A DNA stretch of 64,000 bases, from positions 41,352 to 105,351 of IMG/VR virus record IMGVR_UViG_3300031555_005503. One strand, written 5' to 3'. This DNA comes from a virus. Its lineage: Duplodnaviria; Heunggongvirae; Uroviricota; Caudoviricetes. Each line of letters begins with the position of its first letter. Position 1 is the first letter of the stretch. The translations under genes and the position numbers were made by a program. Below the pieces are notes generated by a model that made no database searches, was not told the DNA's origin, and was given only the letters and a program-made list of their open reading frames with translations. Below are positions 20,030 to 30,140 of this stretch, one piece after another.

Positions 20030-20318
20030 TCAATCGCATAATGTTATTACCATTGATGTCCCCTATTCTACTTGTCAAAATATTGATATTGACTATGGAT
20101 CATCTTATAATGATTTAACATTATCGGTATCTGATTTCCCAGTTTTTATTAAAACTCAATTTCTTTTAAATGAAATCTTTGTAAATAATGAAATTTGTTT
20201 TAATATGGTTTCTCAGAGGCTTGTAAAAAATACTGACCCATTTCTAATTAAAGGTATTGATACAATGACTCTTGATAATTTAGATATAGATCAAGATATT
20301 ATATTTTATAGCGTATAG
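20007..20318 (+). CDS. hypothetical protein
   Basis: Start refined to MSINININ, after GTAGGTGGTGATATTA. Confidence 0.35.
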   Translation: MSINININQSHNVITIDVPYSTCQNIDIDYGSSYNDLTLSVSDFPVFIKTQFLLNEIFVNNEICFNMVSQRLVKNTDPFLIKGIDTMTLDNLDIDQDIIFYSV

Positions 20319-20367
20319 TGAGCAATTAATTTTGCTCACTATTTATTTTTTTTTGAAAGGAGTCTAC

Positions 20368-20841
20368 ATGGCAGAAATTAATAAAACTGTTAATTACGGT
20401 TTCAATATATTTGGCGACGATCAGACTTCCCTCACTTTTAAAGAATTTCGTAAATTATTAGCTGGTACGGGTAATACTGAGGCTGAGTTTTCTAATATGC
20501 AAAAGATTGATGCTGTACTAAAACAGTATGCTACTGCTATTAATGATAATTTATTATCCTCTAAAAATTATACGGAAGAACAGATTGCCGCATTTAAGTT
20601 AATTAATGATGAATTAATCAAATCAAATGAAGATGGAAATTTAATTATAGGCGGAGAAAAAGGTAAACCTATTGAATTTAGGGATGGCTCAACAGTTTCA
20701 TATTTAGGTAATGGAGTATTTACCGTTAATGGCGTAGAAGTTGATTATGTAAGAATTGTTGATTATATATTAAAATTTAATCCTACAAATGGACATCTCC
20801 AAATTTCTTATAAACCCAAAAATACTGGAGGTGTTATTTAA
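20368..20841 (+). CDS. hypothetical protein (possible fibre assembly/chaperone)
   Basis: Start refined to MAEINK, after GAAAGGAGTCTAC. Confidence 0.4.
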   Translation: MAEINKTVNYGFNIFGDDQTSLTFKEFRKLLAGTGNTEAEFSNMQKIDAVLKQYATAINDNLLSSKNYTEEQIAAFKLINDELIKSNEDGNLIIGGEKGKPIEFRDGSTVSYLGNGVFTVNGVEVDYVRIVDYILKFNPTNGHLQISYKPKNTGGVI

Positions 20842-22919
20842 TGGCTAGTGGAAGTTTTACTAAACAAGTTGGAAATAGAAAAAATACTGAAAATGAATAT
20901 ATAAAAGTCTGGTGGGAAAGTACGCCGGATGCTGCAAATAATAAATCAAAAGTTCGTGCTTACGCTAAAATGTATCGACCATGGTATATAGCAGTGGATT
21001 ATGACCAAGAAATTCAAATGTGGATCGATGGTACAAAATATACTGCAAGCAGATATGGTTGGCGTGGTTCCGGATGGACTGAAGCATATATAGATAAAAC
21101 TAAAACTGTTACTCATAACAGCGATGGAACGAAAAGTGTTTATATAAGAGTTAAAACCCAGGTAAAAGCTTGGTTACGTGAGTGGGTTGGCTGGGTTGAT
21201 ACTGGAGAGCAACTTTGTAAGTTAGATAATTTAGCACGAAAGTCATCTTTTACTATTAATAAAACTTCCGCCACTATTGGCGATAGTATATCTGTTACAT
21301 TAAACAGGAGTTCCTCTAGTGTTAGACATGCTATTAGCATTAAAGTTGGTAGTATAACAAAAACAATTTTGAGTAAGTCAAGTGATAATGGTAGTACTGG
21401 AACATATTCATATACTTTATCCGCAGCTGATTTATTACCTGCTATGTCTAGCAAATCTGTTACTGCTAAAATAACTGTAACAACATATAATGGTAGCACA
21501 AGTTTAGGTAGTAATGAAAAGACGTTCACATTAAAAATTAGAGATACTGATAAACCAATTATTAATAGCTTTGATATATCTGTAGTTCCTGTTTCGCCAA
21601 ATACAATTAAAGATATTTTTGTTCTTGGCAAATCAAAAGCACAGATAACTATTAATGCTACTCCGACAGATTCTACCGGCGGTAAAATTGTAAGTTATAG
21701 AGTTGCTATCGGAAATGCTAATGGACAATTAGGATCTTTTGCAGCTTATAAAAACAATGTTATTACAACTCCAATTTTTAATGTTGCCGGCCAAGGTAAG
21801 ATAGGAGTATATGCTATTGATGCAAGAGGCTCAGAATCTGCTATCATAGAAAAAGAAATAGAAATATATCCTTATCAAAATCCATCTATTCTTTCATTCG
21901 CTATTGATAGATGTACGGAAGATGGAACCCCAGATAAATCTGGTATGTACATTAATTTTTCTTCTACATATATGTTTTATTCTTGTAATTATAAAAATTC
22001 AGCTGTGGTCACTCTAATGAAAAGGGCTGTAACTGACAGTAATGATTATCAACTTGTAGATAGTTGGCAATTAACTGCAGATAATGCGGTATATAGTAAA
22101 GGATCAATATCAAATATTTATGCTGGATATTCTATTGATAGCTCTTATGATTTTAAATTAATTATTTCAGACTCTTTTGGAATGTTAAGTGAGGCGTTTT
22201 CAGAAATTGGAACTGAAGAAATGTTAGTTGATTTAGCTCCTGATGGAGTTGGTATTGGTAAAATTGTAGAACGTGAAAGAGCATTTGAAGTTGGATGGGA
22301 TTCATATTTAGAAAATGTAATTCTAAATAATGGCGCCGGAATATATGCAACTAAATCTGATAATACTACAGAATGTATTTTAAAATTAGATTCAAATGAT
22401 GATGTGAATATTAATAATATTGGTAAGGATATTAGATTATATACTGGTAGAGAAATAACTAATAGTTCAGGTTATACATATTATGATGGTGGAGCTTTAT
22501 ATATTAATAATGAACCGTTTGCACCGAAACAGTATTTATGGAGTGGAACATGGGAAAAAGGAAGTACTCAGTTTATTCATAACGCAAACAGATATAGAAT
22601 GTTTTTACTTTCAATAGCAGATACTACTGAAAATCATGGAACTATTATTCCTGCTATAAAAAATACTGTTGTAAATAAAGATGGTATTACTGTAACAATG
22701 ATTCGAGGTATAGGTGGATATGTAGCTCATAGCACAAATAGCTCAAGTGATAAAGTTATTACTGATTATACTTATCAATTTAACGCAGAAGTAGTCGCAA
22801 CATCAGATCTTGGTGAAACGTGGAATTTTATTGATTGTACATGGATTTATCATGGAAATGAAATTGGACATGGCGAAAGAAAACATCTTAACATTGTTAA
22901 GGTTGAAGGATTAATATAA
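20841..22919 (+). CDS. putative tail fibre / receptor-binding protein (692 aa)
   Basis: Last large gene of the tail operon. Beta-rich and Ser/Thr-rich. ATGA overlap with the upstream gene. Confidence 0.45.
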   Translation: MASGSFTKQVGNRKNTENEYIKVWWESTPDAANNKSKVRAYAKMYRPWYIAVDYDQEIQMWIDGTKYTASRYGWRGSGWTEAYIDKTKTVTHNSDGTKSVYIRVKTQVKAWLREWVGWVDTGEQLCKLDNLARKSSFTINKTSATIGDSISVTLNRSSSSVRHAISIKVGSITKTILSKSSDNGSTGTYSYTLSAADLLPAMSSKSVTAKITVTTYNGSTSLGSNEKTFTLKIRDTDKPIINSFDISVVPVSPNTIKDIFVLGKSKAQITINATPTDSTGGKIVSYRVAIGNANGQLGSFAAYKNNVITTPIFNVAGQGKIGVYAIDARGSESAIIEKEIEIYPYQNPSILSFAIDRCTEDGTPDKSGMYINFSSTYMFYSCNYKNSAVVTLMKRAVTDSNDYQLVDSWQLTADNAVYSKGSISNIYAGYSIDSSYDFKLIISDSFGMLSEAFSEIGTEEMLVDLAPDGVGIGKIVERERAFEVGWDSYLENVILNNGAGIYATKSDNTTECILKLDSNDDVNINNIGKDIRLYTGREITNSSGYTYYDGGALYINNEPFAPKQYLWSGTWEKGSTQFIHNANRYRMFLLSIADTTENHGTIIPAIKNTVVNKDGITVTMIRGIGGYVAHSTNSSSDKVITDYTYQFNAEVVATSDLGETWNFIDCTWIYHGNEIGHGERKHLNIVKVEGLI

Positions 22920-22920
22920 T

Positions 22921-22965
22921 AAAATAGGGAGTACCAAAACAAATCGGTACTCCCTATTTTTTACG
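22921..22965 (+). terminator. strong intrinsic terminator ending the tail operon
   Basis: 11-bp perfect stem TAGGGAGTACC/GGTACTCCCTA followed by TTTTTT. Confidence 0.8.
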
Positions 22966-22989
22966 TTTTTATTCAGCGTATGGTAACAT

Positions 22990-23265
22990 ATCATTAGCTT
23001 TCTCTACACCATTTACTACGCCAATTTTACGCCAATTTTGTGATAATTTACGATAATTTACATCAAGTTATGATAGTTTGTTAAATATTTACATATGCTG
23101 TAATCGTTTAAATTACAGTGTTTTCAAGGGTTTTAGGATTTAGGAATCTTACCTATGTCCCACTACTATAGCGGGACAGTCGTGTTCTGATTAGTTATTA
23201 AAATCGTTGAAATTTCAATATTTGTGAGAGTATAGGGTTTAGCTTTAAAACGGTTTACGCCAATT
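22990..23265. promoter_or_regulatory. attP-like region with arm-type direct repeats and an inverted repeat
   Basis: Three copies of the TACGCCAATTTTAC core (two tandem copies near 23017-23042, TACGCCAATTTTACGCCAATTTTGTG, and one at ~23258, TACGCCAATTTTACACC). Inverted repeat TGTCCCACTACTATAGCGGGACA at ~23155. Lies adjacent to the integrase 3' end. Confidence 0.4.
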
Positions 23266-24411
23266 TTACACCATATCGATATTCTCTATCAATTTAGCCT
23301 TTTGGCCATCTGTAACATGAGTATATATATCCATAGTAGTCTTTACTGATGAATGTCCCAGTATTTCTTGTGTAACTTTGGCAGATATATCTCTTTCAAA
23401 ACATCTAGTTGCAAAAGAGTGTCTTAGTGAATGTGCAGATATTCTTTTTATTCTTTGATCTTCAAGTTCCATTTTTCTTAGAACAGTTTTTAATGCGGCA
23501 TTATAACAGCTTGTATTTAACCACCTATTTCTATTTGTTGTAAATAGAAAGTCTTTTGCTAAAGTTCCTGGGTATTTTTCATTTAGCATTTTCTTTATTT
23601 CTATTTGTTGTTTTAATGCTTTCATACAACTTGAATTCATAGGAATTATTCTTTTGCTGGAAGGGGTTTTTGTATTTCCAATTAAAAACTTACCCTTGCC
23701 ATCAAAACATTTAAATTGTAGTGTTTTATTGATATTTATAGTCTTCTTATTGAAATCTATATCATCATATGTTAATGCGAATAATTCTCCTGGCCTCATA
23801 CCAGTATTTAATTGAACTAGAAATGCATTATGGTAAAAACTGTTTTTAGATATTTCTATAAAATTAAGTTGTTCTTCTTTTGTAAAAGCTGTTCTTCTTT
23901 CAAAATCTTTTTCATGTTTCATTATTTTCACTCCTCTGGTTGGGTTCGTTTTAGCATAATTATTTGCTATCGCTTTATTGTACATGTCTGATAAAATTCT
24001 TTTTACTTTATCTTGAGTGCTCCAAGCATAATTATTATCAGCTAGTTTATTAATTAGATTACTAACATCTATTTGAGTTAGTGATGTTAATTTTGTCGTC
24101 CCAAAATCAGGCGATATAAATGATTTATAATGATCCGTATATATTGATTTAGTAGTTTCTCTTGTGTCATGTTTCAATATTGTGATCCATATTTCAAACC
24201 ATTTATCTAAACATAAATCAGATTTTATTCCTAAATTTAAAACTTTATCTTCGTATTCAGCTTTTCTTAGCTTATCTTTCAGATTAACCAATTTTTTATC
24301 ATATATTGATTTTCTCTTGCCAAATCTATTAGTGTATCTCGCACAATATACACCGTCTTTTCTTTGTGATATTCCTTGCCCTAACTCCTTTCCTTTTAAA
24401 TCTTTTCCCAT
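23266..24411 (-). CDS. int: tyrosine site-specific integrase
   Basis: C-terminal catalytic box AHSLRHSFATR...LGHSSVKTTMDIYTHV (R, HxxR, Y). Confidence 0.85.
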   Translation of the reverse strand: MGKDLKGKELGQGISQRKDGVYCARYTNRFGKRKSIYDKKLVNLKDKLRKAEYEDKVLNLGIKSDLCLDKWFEIWITILKHDTRETTKSIYTDHYKSFISPDFGTTKLTSLTQIDVSNLINKLADNNYAWSTQDKVKRILSDMYNKAIANNYAKTNPTRGVKIMKHEKDFERRTAFTKEEQLNFIEISKNSFYHNAFLVQLNTGMRPGELFALTYDDIDFNKKTININKTLQFKCFDGKGKFLIGNTKTPSSKRIIPMNSSCMKALKQQIEIKKMLNEKYPGTLAKDFLFTTNRNRWLNTSCYNAALKTVLRKMELEDQRIKRISAHSLRHSFATRCFERDISAKVTQEILGHSSVKTTMDIYTHVTDGQKAKLIENIDMV

Positions 24412-24545
24412 TAATTATGCCTCCTCTTTATTGAAGAGAAAGCTATGATATGTAAATATATTATAACATAACTTCATGTAAATTATCATTCCTTCGTTTT
24501 ATTCAAAAGCCATTTATCTAATTCTTTTTTATGAGCATAGAGTCT

Positions 24546-24596
24546 GTTACCTATTCTTATACAGAATGGGCAAGAAGGCGAGAGTAACAATTCCCT
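24546..24596. terminator. GC-rich nested hairpin (terminator candidate)
   Basis: GGGCAAGAAGGCGAG...CTCGCC...TTGCCC. Confidence 0.3.
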
Positions 24597-24658
24597 CGCC
24601 TTAGTTTGCCCGATTTTCAGATAAGCACAAAACTCTTTTAATGTTAATAATGCGCTAT

Positions 24659-25027
24659 CTATAATTTACTCCTTTTCTCTTTTTTTGAAGATGCAGCTAT
24701 ACTTTCGGGTACTTCTGGCATTGAATATAAAATACGTTCAAGTGTTTCTTTTTTTCCTACTATAGCTGCAATAGCTAATAAATTTTCTTCAAGTTTTTTA
24801 TTTACTTTTTCAATGTGTTTAATATAACCATCAAGAGTTGTACATTTATTAAAACGCTCTTCTCGCTCAGCTAAATTTTTAAATAGTGCAGCTATTGTAG
24901 AATAATATCCTATAGTAAATCCTTCTTCATTATCGGGATCCTCACCATTTTCTTTTAGTTCTACAAGCCTATAACATCTAGCGTCACTCTTAATAGCATA
25001 TTTGTCATCCCATATTTTAATATTCAT
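24659..25027 (-). CDS. hypothetical protein
   Basis: 122-aa ORF. Confidence 0.4.
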   Translation of the reverse strand: MNIKIWDDKYAIKSDARCYRLVELKENGEDPDNEEGFTIGYYSTIAALFKNLAEREERFNKCTTLDGYIKHIEKVNKKLEENLLAIAAIVGKKETLERILYSMPEVPESIAASSKKEKRSKL

Positions 25028-25035
25028 ATATTAAC

Positions 25036-25566
25036 CTACTTACCGCTGGAACCAAGCTTGCCTGCACCACGTACAGAACCAGCCGCTTCTAATTCTTCTT
25101 TTGTAATAGATTCAACTTCAACTTCCGGAACTGGCAGTAAAAGCATTTGACAGATTGCTTTGTTATATGGGTAAATTACATATTCATCATCATCAAAAAA
25201 TAATGATGCCATATATTGTTTGAATTCATCTATATAATCAGTTTTTACTATAGCTATCGGATAATCGTTATGATTAGTAATTGGTACAAGCCATTCTCCG
25301 CGATATCCAGAGTCAATTATACCTGCTCGCTGACCCATTCCCTTAGTTCCAGTAGAGCCACGCTCTTTTAATACAGCTACATATTTCTTATCAAAAACTG
25401 ATGCAATACCTGTTGGGATCATCTCTGTCTTATGAGGTTCGATAATCACCCAATCTTCTGGGAAGCAGGCATATATATCATAGCCTGCATCCTCGTCATT
25501 TTTCTCTGGTAACATCGCATCTGCATTTAATAAACAAATTTGAATATTATTTTTTTCTACTCTCAT
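25036..25566 (-). CDS. dut: dUTP diphosphatase (dUTPase)
   Basis: dUTPase motifs AGYDIY, RSGxxxKG-like GSTGTKG, GIIDSGYRGE. Confidence 0.8.
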   Translation of the reverse strand: MRVEKNNIQICLLNADAMLPEKNDEDAGYDIYACFPEDWVIIEPHKTEMIPTGIASVFDKKYVAVLKERGSTGTKGMGQRAGIIDSGYRGEWLVPITNHNDYPIAIVKTDYIDEFKQYMASLFFDDDEYVIYPYNKAICQMLLLPVPEVEVESITKEELEAAGSVRGAGKLGSSGK

Positions 25567-25580
25567 ATATTAATCCCCCC

Positions 25581-27914
25581 TTAATCACATTTGCTAAATC
25601 CGCAACTTTTACATATATTACAACCGCCTTCAAAGAATAATTCTTCGCCACAATTTGGGCATGCTAAAACACTTCTACCATCTTTAGTTCTTTTTTCAAA
25701 TGGTTCACTACATTCCGGACAGGAGTAATACTGAGCTGTGAAAGCTTGTCCCCCTAATTCAGCTTCATCTTCTATCTCGGTTAATCCTAAGTCTTCTTGC
25801 ATTTCAAGCCACATATCCTTAAGAGCATAACCTACAGCAGTAGGACAACATGAACCCTTGCTTGTATCTTTCTTAGTAGCGGCTCTTACCGCATAGCTTG
25901 GACAAACACCGCATGACTGAAGTTGATCAACAATAGTATCAATATCAACACCAGCTCTAGCGGAAGTTGATATCATACGTGATAATCCAACCATGAAGTT
26001 GTTGCAACCCCCGGTGCTACCCTTACTAAGATATGTTTCAAGTAAGTCTCCAGTAATTGGATCAAAGAAAGCAGTACAGTGTAAACTACCACAACCAGTA
26101 ATAAGTTTACGCTTTTTGCCAATTACATCGTCGTCGGCAAATATAATATCACCACGTTTAAGATTTGCTCCTCTTGAAGAATCTTGTACTGTTTCAGGCT
26201 GTTCGTCGTTTTCAGTTGTATCTGTAGTTAATACACCTGCTCTTCTGCATCCGTCACGATAAATCGTAATCCCTTTTAATCCAGCTTCCCAAGCAGCCAT
26301 ATAAATATCCATTACATCTTCTACAGTTGCACTATTCGGCAGATTTAAAGTTGAGCTTATACTTGCATCAATATATTTCTGCCATACAGACTGCATTTTA
26401 ATTCGATTTATAGGATTTATATCTGCTGAACATACTACAAAGTCTGGAAGATCATCATCAGAATCGATATTTAAGAAATCCATTAATTCATTTATTGTTT
26501 TAGGTCTTTCTATGTAATAAACATCTTTGCCATGTAAAGACTGCGTTTTTCTTTTCCAGCTTTTTGCAAAGTAAGGTTCAATGCCGCCAGAAAGTTGTGC
26601 CATTGTTGAAAGCGTTCCAGTTGGGGCAATTGTAAGTAATTGTGAATTTCTTAAACCATATTTCAATACACGTTCTTTCAATGTATCATCTGTTATTGCT
26701 TTGAAATATTTAGAATTTACAACCTCTTTATTATTACACTTTGGATATGCTCCATATTCTTTTGCCAGATCACAAGATGTTTTTAATGATTGATAACTGA
26801 GCAAATGTGCAATACTATCGCAAAGTTCTAATGATTCTTCACTTCCATATTCAAAACCTAATTTAACAAGCATGTCCGCAATTCCAAGAATTCCAAGACC
26901 AATTTGTCTCCAATCAGATACTGTTTGTCTTTGAATTTCTAATGGATGTAATGGTAATCCTTCATCTAACACTTCATTTAAAGCTTTTACAGCAATTTCT
27001 ACTGTATTGATGAATGTTTCCACATCAAAATAAGCATCTGGTGTATATGGGTGAATTACAAATTCTGATAAGTTGATTGAACCAAGTAAGCAAGACCCGC
27101 CTGCTGGTAATGGCTCTTCTGCGCATGGATTAACACCTGCGTATTCAAATTCATTATTATTACTTAATAAATTCCAATTAGAAATTCTATCCCAGAACAA
27201 CATTCCCGGTTCTGCCATATCCCAGTTCATCTTTGCAAGTTTTTCAAAAATATCACGAGCATTAACAACCTTAGATATAACTTCGCCAGTCTCTTCTCTT
27301 ACATATTGCAGTTCATATTCTGCATTATTTGTAACCGCAGACATAAACTCATCAGTTATTCTAATTGAAATATTCGCTTTAGTAATCTTGTCCAAATCAG
27401 ATTTAACTTCGATAAATTCTTCCAAGTCTGGATGTGAACAATCAATTGATAACATCAAAGCTCCACGCCTTCCATTTTGCCCTATTAAGCCAGTTGTTAA
27501 TGAAAAGAGATCCATAAATGATACTGCGCCACTAGTTTCTTTAGCTGTATTATTTACTCTTGCGCCTCTTGGAGCTAAATTAGAAATATCTATTCCTACT
27601 CCGCCTCCATAACTAAATGTTCGCGCAAGCTTACCTGCTGTATCATAAATAGATTCAATGCTATCTTCGGGAGCAGGGAGAACATAACAATTGCTATATG
27701 TAGTTTTAACACCATATTTGTATAATCCTCTATTTGCTAAAATACGGCCACCCAAGAAGAATCTTTTTCTAAAAATCTCTTCTTTTAAATCTTCATTTCC
27801 TCCACTTATTCGGTTTAACCATTCGCTGAAAGTTTCATTGTTGTACTGATATTTCCCCTGCCATATATCAATACCTAACTGATTATCTGAACCTAACCAA
27901 TCTCTAACGTCCAA
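25581..27914 (-). CDS. ribonucleotide reductase, class II-like (B12-dependent) with C-terminal zinc ribbon
   Basis: Active-site NPCAEEPL...GSCLLGSINL. C-terminal Cys cluster CPNCGEE...CNICKSCG. Confidence 0.7.
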   Translation of the reverse strand: MDVRDWLGSDNQLGIDIWQGKYQYNNETFSEWLNRISGGNEDLKEEIFRKRFFLGGRILANRGLYKYGVKTTYSNCYVLPAPEDSIESIYDTAGKLARTFSYGGGVGIDISNLAPRGARVNNTAKETSGAVSFMDLFSLTTGLIGQNGRRGALMLSIDCSHPDLEEFIEVKSDLDKITKANISIRITDEFMSAVTNNAEYELQYVREETGEVISKVVNARDIFEKLAKMNWDMAEPGMLFWDRISNWNLLSNNNEFEYAGVNPCAEEPLPAGGSCLLGSINLSEFVIHPYTPDAYFDVETFINTVEIAVKALNEVLDEGLPLHPLEIQRQTVSDWRQIGLGILGIADMLVKLGFEYGSEESLELCDSIAHLLSYQSLKTSCDLAKEYGAYPKCNNKEVVNSKYFKAITDDTLKERVLKYGLRNSQLLTIAPTGTLSTMAQLSGGIEPYFAKSWKRKTQSLHGKDVYYIERPKTINELMDFLNIDSDDDLPDFVVCSADINPINRIKMQSVWQKYIDASISSTLNLPNSATVEDVMDIYMAAWEAGLKGITIYRDGCRRAGVLTTDTTENDEQPETVQDSSRGANLKRGDIIFADDDVIGKKRKLITGCGSLHCTAFFDPITGDLLETYLSKGSTGGCNNFMVGLSRMISTSARAGVDIDTIVDQLQSCGVCPSYAVRAATKKDTSKGSCCPTAVGYALKDMWLEMQEDLGLTEIEDEAELGGQAFTAQYYSCPECSEPFEKRTKDGRSVLACPNCGEELFFEGGCNICKSCGFSKCD

Positions 27915-28482
27915 TACTACTCCTTTCTATTGGAAGCTTTTCTTTAATGAAATTATAGATAAATGTCCAATTTGATAATCTGACAGCACTAATTAACTTT
28001 TCGTTAAAAGCTTTATTATGAGGTGCATCAAAGAGTACTTTTATGTAACTCGCATCATAAAAATTAACTGGATTATCATCGACTAACAGATCTACATCCA
28101 CCATCTGCTTCCTTTGTGTTACTATAATTTGTTCTTCTTTTATAAATGGAAATAATTCAAAGAATTGAATTAACTTAGGTTTAAGAGTTTGATATGATGT
28201 GGCGGTAATAATTACTACATCATATCCATCATCAATAAGTTTTTTAAGATAAAACTGACTTCCGGGCTTAGGTTTTAATGTTTCCCAAAAATCATTCTGT
28301 TCGAGAATATAAAAGAGCATTTCTCGTGTACCCTTTTTTATATACTGATCTATTTGCCATGATTTAATATCTTCTGGCGTAACATCATCATCTACGATTT
28401 CATTATATCGTTTCAGCCATGCATCAACTAAAGACCATAAGACATCATCAAGGTCAATACCTATTACTGGTCTATCTCTCAT
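27904..28482 (-). CDS. 5'(3')-deoxyribonucleotidase-like HAD hydrolase
   Basis: N-terminal HAD motif I GIDLDDVLW. Size and pattern fit the NT5C family. Confidence 0.55.
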   Translation of the reverse strand: MRDRPVIGIDLDDVLWSLVDAWLKRYNEIVDDDVTPEDIKSWQIDQYIKKGTREMLFYILEQNDFWETLKPKPGSQFYLKKLIDDGYDVVIITATSYQTLKPKLIQFFELFPFIKEEQIIVTQRKQMVDVDLLVDDNPVNFYDASYIKVLFDAPHNKAFNEKLISAVRLSNWTFIYNFIKEKLPIERSSIGR

Positions 28483-29038
28483 ATGATACCGCCCCTAATT
28501 TTGAAAACACAACAAAGGTAGCTGAATCATAAACTCTTGTCGTAATCAAATCTACATTATTAATATTGGCATTAATAGTTACCATAGCATTAGTATTAGC
28601 AAATACTTTTTTATCATGGTGTAGTCTTCTCAGTGCTGATAAAATAGAGTCGCCACGTTTTCTCATGCGCTTATATCGGACTTTTCTTTGAGCTAAAAGT
28701 TCAATTATAATAATCTTCTTTTTCCCTTTATAGTGCTTTTTAAAATATTCAACACCGGCTGGATCAATTATATATACATCGCATTCATCAACCTGCTTAT
28801 TTGTAGCCCAATATTTATTACCATCAAACTCAGTAAAAGCACACATATCATCTTTCATTTGTTCGTATTCAGCTTCACTAACAAATATATGACTATCTTC
28901 ACCATCATATCTCGGTGCTCTAGTTGAGTAAGAAATTACAGGTTTTAAATCATATTTTTTTAAAAGCGCATTTTGTATGGTTGTTTTACCCGTACCAGAT
29001 TTACCAATGAGTAAAATTATATGATCTTTAATTTTCAA
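28472..29038 (-). CDS. guanylate kinase-like (d)NMP kinase
   Basis: P-loop GKSGTGKTT. The guanylate-kinase signature YSTRAPR..GE..H.FVS. Confidence 0.6.
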   Translation of the reverse strand: MKIKDHIILLIGKSGTGKTTIQNALLKKYDLKPVISYSTRAPRYDGEDSHIFVSEAEYEQMKDDMCAFTEFDGNKYWATNKQVDECDVYIIDPAGVEYFKKHYKGKKKIIIIELLAQRKVRYKRMRKRGDSILSALRRLHHDKKVFANTNAMVTINANINNVDLITTRVYDSATFVVFSKLGAVSYER

Positions 29039-29203
29039 CCTCCTGTATTATGTAACCATTTTCATTCATTATTATTTCAAAGTCTTCCCAAAATTCGTGA
29101 AACCTTTGATCATCTAAACTATCTAAAAGTTCATGAGCAATCAACTCAACTGCAGCTATACCCTTAGGAGTAATCTTAATAATTGTGTTATCATCAAGTT
29201 TCA

Positions 29204-29827
29204 TTACATAACCCCCTTATACTTATAAAACCAGTCATTATAAATATCATATCTTTCTTGGATATTATCTGTCATAAGATAACCGGCATTATTACTATTA
29301 AGAGTTTTAAAGAATTCGCATGGCGCTCCCATTTTTTCAGGACAGCCACATCGATATACACAGTTTGGAACTAATACATCCGCAATTTCTGGTTCAACAT
29401 CATGAATAGTACATTTTAGATCTTCCATATATTCTCTTGTTTCCGGTGATGCTTGATAGCATAATCTTTTTCTTGCCGTATCAATAAGCGCTTGAATATT
29501 TGCATCGCCAGTAAATTTAACGAGAGCACTTTGAGGGAGTTCATCTCTATCAATACCAGTTCTATCTGTTCTTTGTGTAGCTACAAAACATTCCCATTTA
29601 TGACGCACCCAATGTGTTGCTACCCAACTCTTAATACTTGGCCAAATCCACTTAATTGACATCTCTCTAATAGGACTATGTTCAGCAATAAGTATATTCT
29701 TCTTAAATGCTACTGATGGCTCTTTATCAAGAGGTTCCTTGCTCACCGTGCTTCTGCAATCATTTAACACCTCTAACCATTCGCCTTTAACTTTGAGATT
29801 TTCTGTTAACTTTTTTATAAGTATCAC
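29204..29827 (-). CDS. ThyX-like (flavin-dependent thymidylate synthase family) protein, divergent
   Basis: HSPIREMSIKWIW...THWVRHKWECFVATQRTDR parallels HETPFEHIVF...ARQWFRHRIASYNELSGRY of ThyX, but the RHRxxS serine is replaced and SxRY becomes QRTDR. Cys-rich C-terminus. Confidence 0.4.
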   Translation of the reverse strand: MILIKKLTENLKVKGEWLEVLNDCRSTVSKEPLDKEPSVAFKKNILIAEHSPIREMSIKWIWPSIKSWVATHWVRHKWECFVATQRTDRTGIDRDELPQSALVKFTGDANIQALIDTARKRLCYQASPETREYMEDLKCTIHDVEPEIADVLVPNCVYRCGCPEKMGAPCEFFKTLNSNNAGYLMTDNIQERYDIYNDWFYKYKGVM

Positions 29828-30053
29828 TCCTTTCTATATTAAAAAAGACACTTGAATAAACTCCATTTGGATATTCATTTAATAATCTTTGTTTTGCTCG
29901 TTCTTTAGTTTTTGGTCCCCATATTGGGTCTATAGATAAATAAAATAACCACGATTCCTCATCATTAAAATCTTTTCTAGACTTTATATTTTCATTCTTT
30001 ATTTTATATAAAGAATTTTGAATTAAATACAATCCACGTATTTTAGATATCAT
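29787..30053 (-). CDS. hypothetical protein
   Basis: 88-aa ORF overlapping the upstream gene end. Confidence 0.3.
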   Translation of the reverse strand: MISKIRGLYLIQNSLYKIKNENIKSRKDFNDEESWLFYLSIDPIWGPKTKERAKQRLLNEYPNGVYSSVFFNIERSDTYKKVNRKSQS

Positions 30054-30140
30054 ACGTATACTTCAGCTAAACCTGTTATGTAACCAGTAATAAAAGCTGT
30101 TGTAATTGCTACTAAGATAGCAACAATAATGATGGCTCTT

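Noticed and set aside
22990-23060. Possible CRISPR-like repeat (TACGCCAATTTTAC tandem)
   Set aside because: There are only two tandem copies plus one distant copy, with no spacer structure and no cas genes. Integrase arm-site repeats fit better
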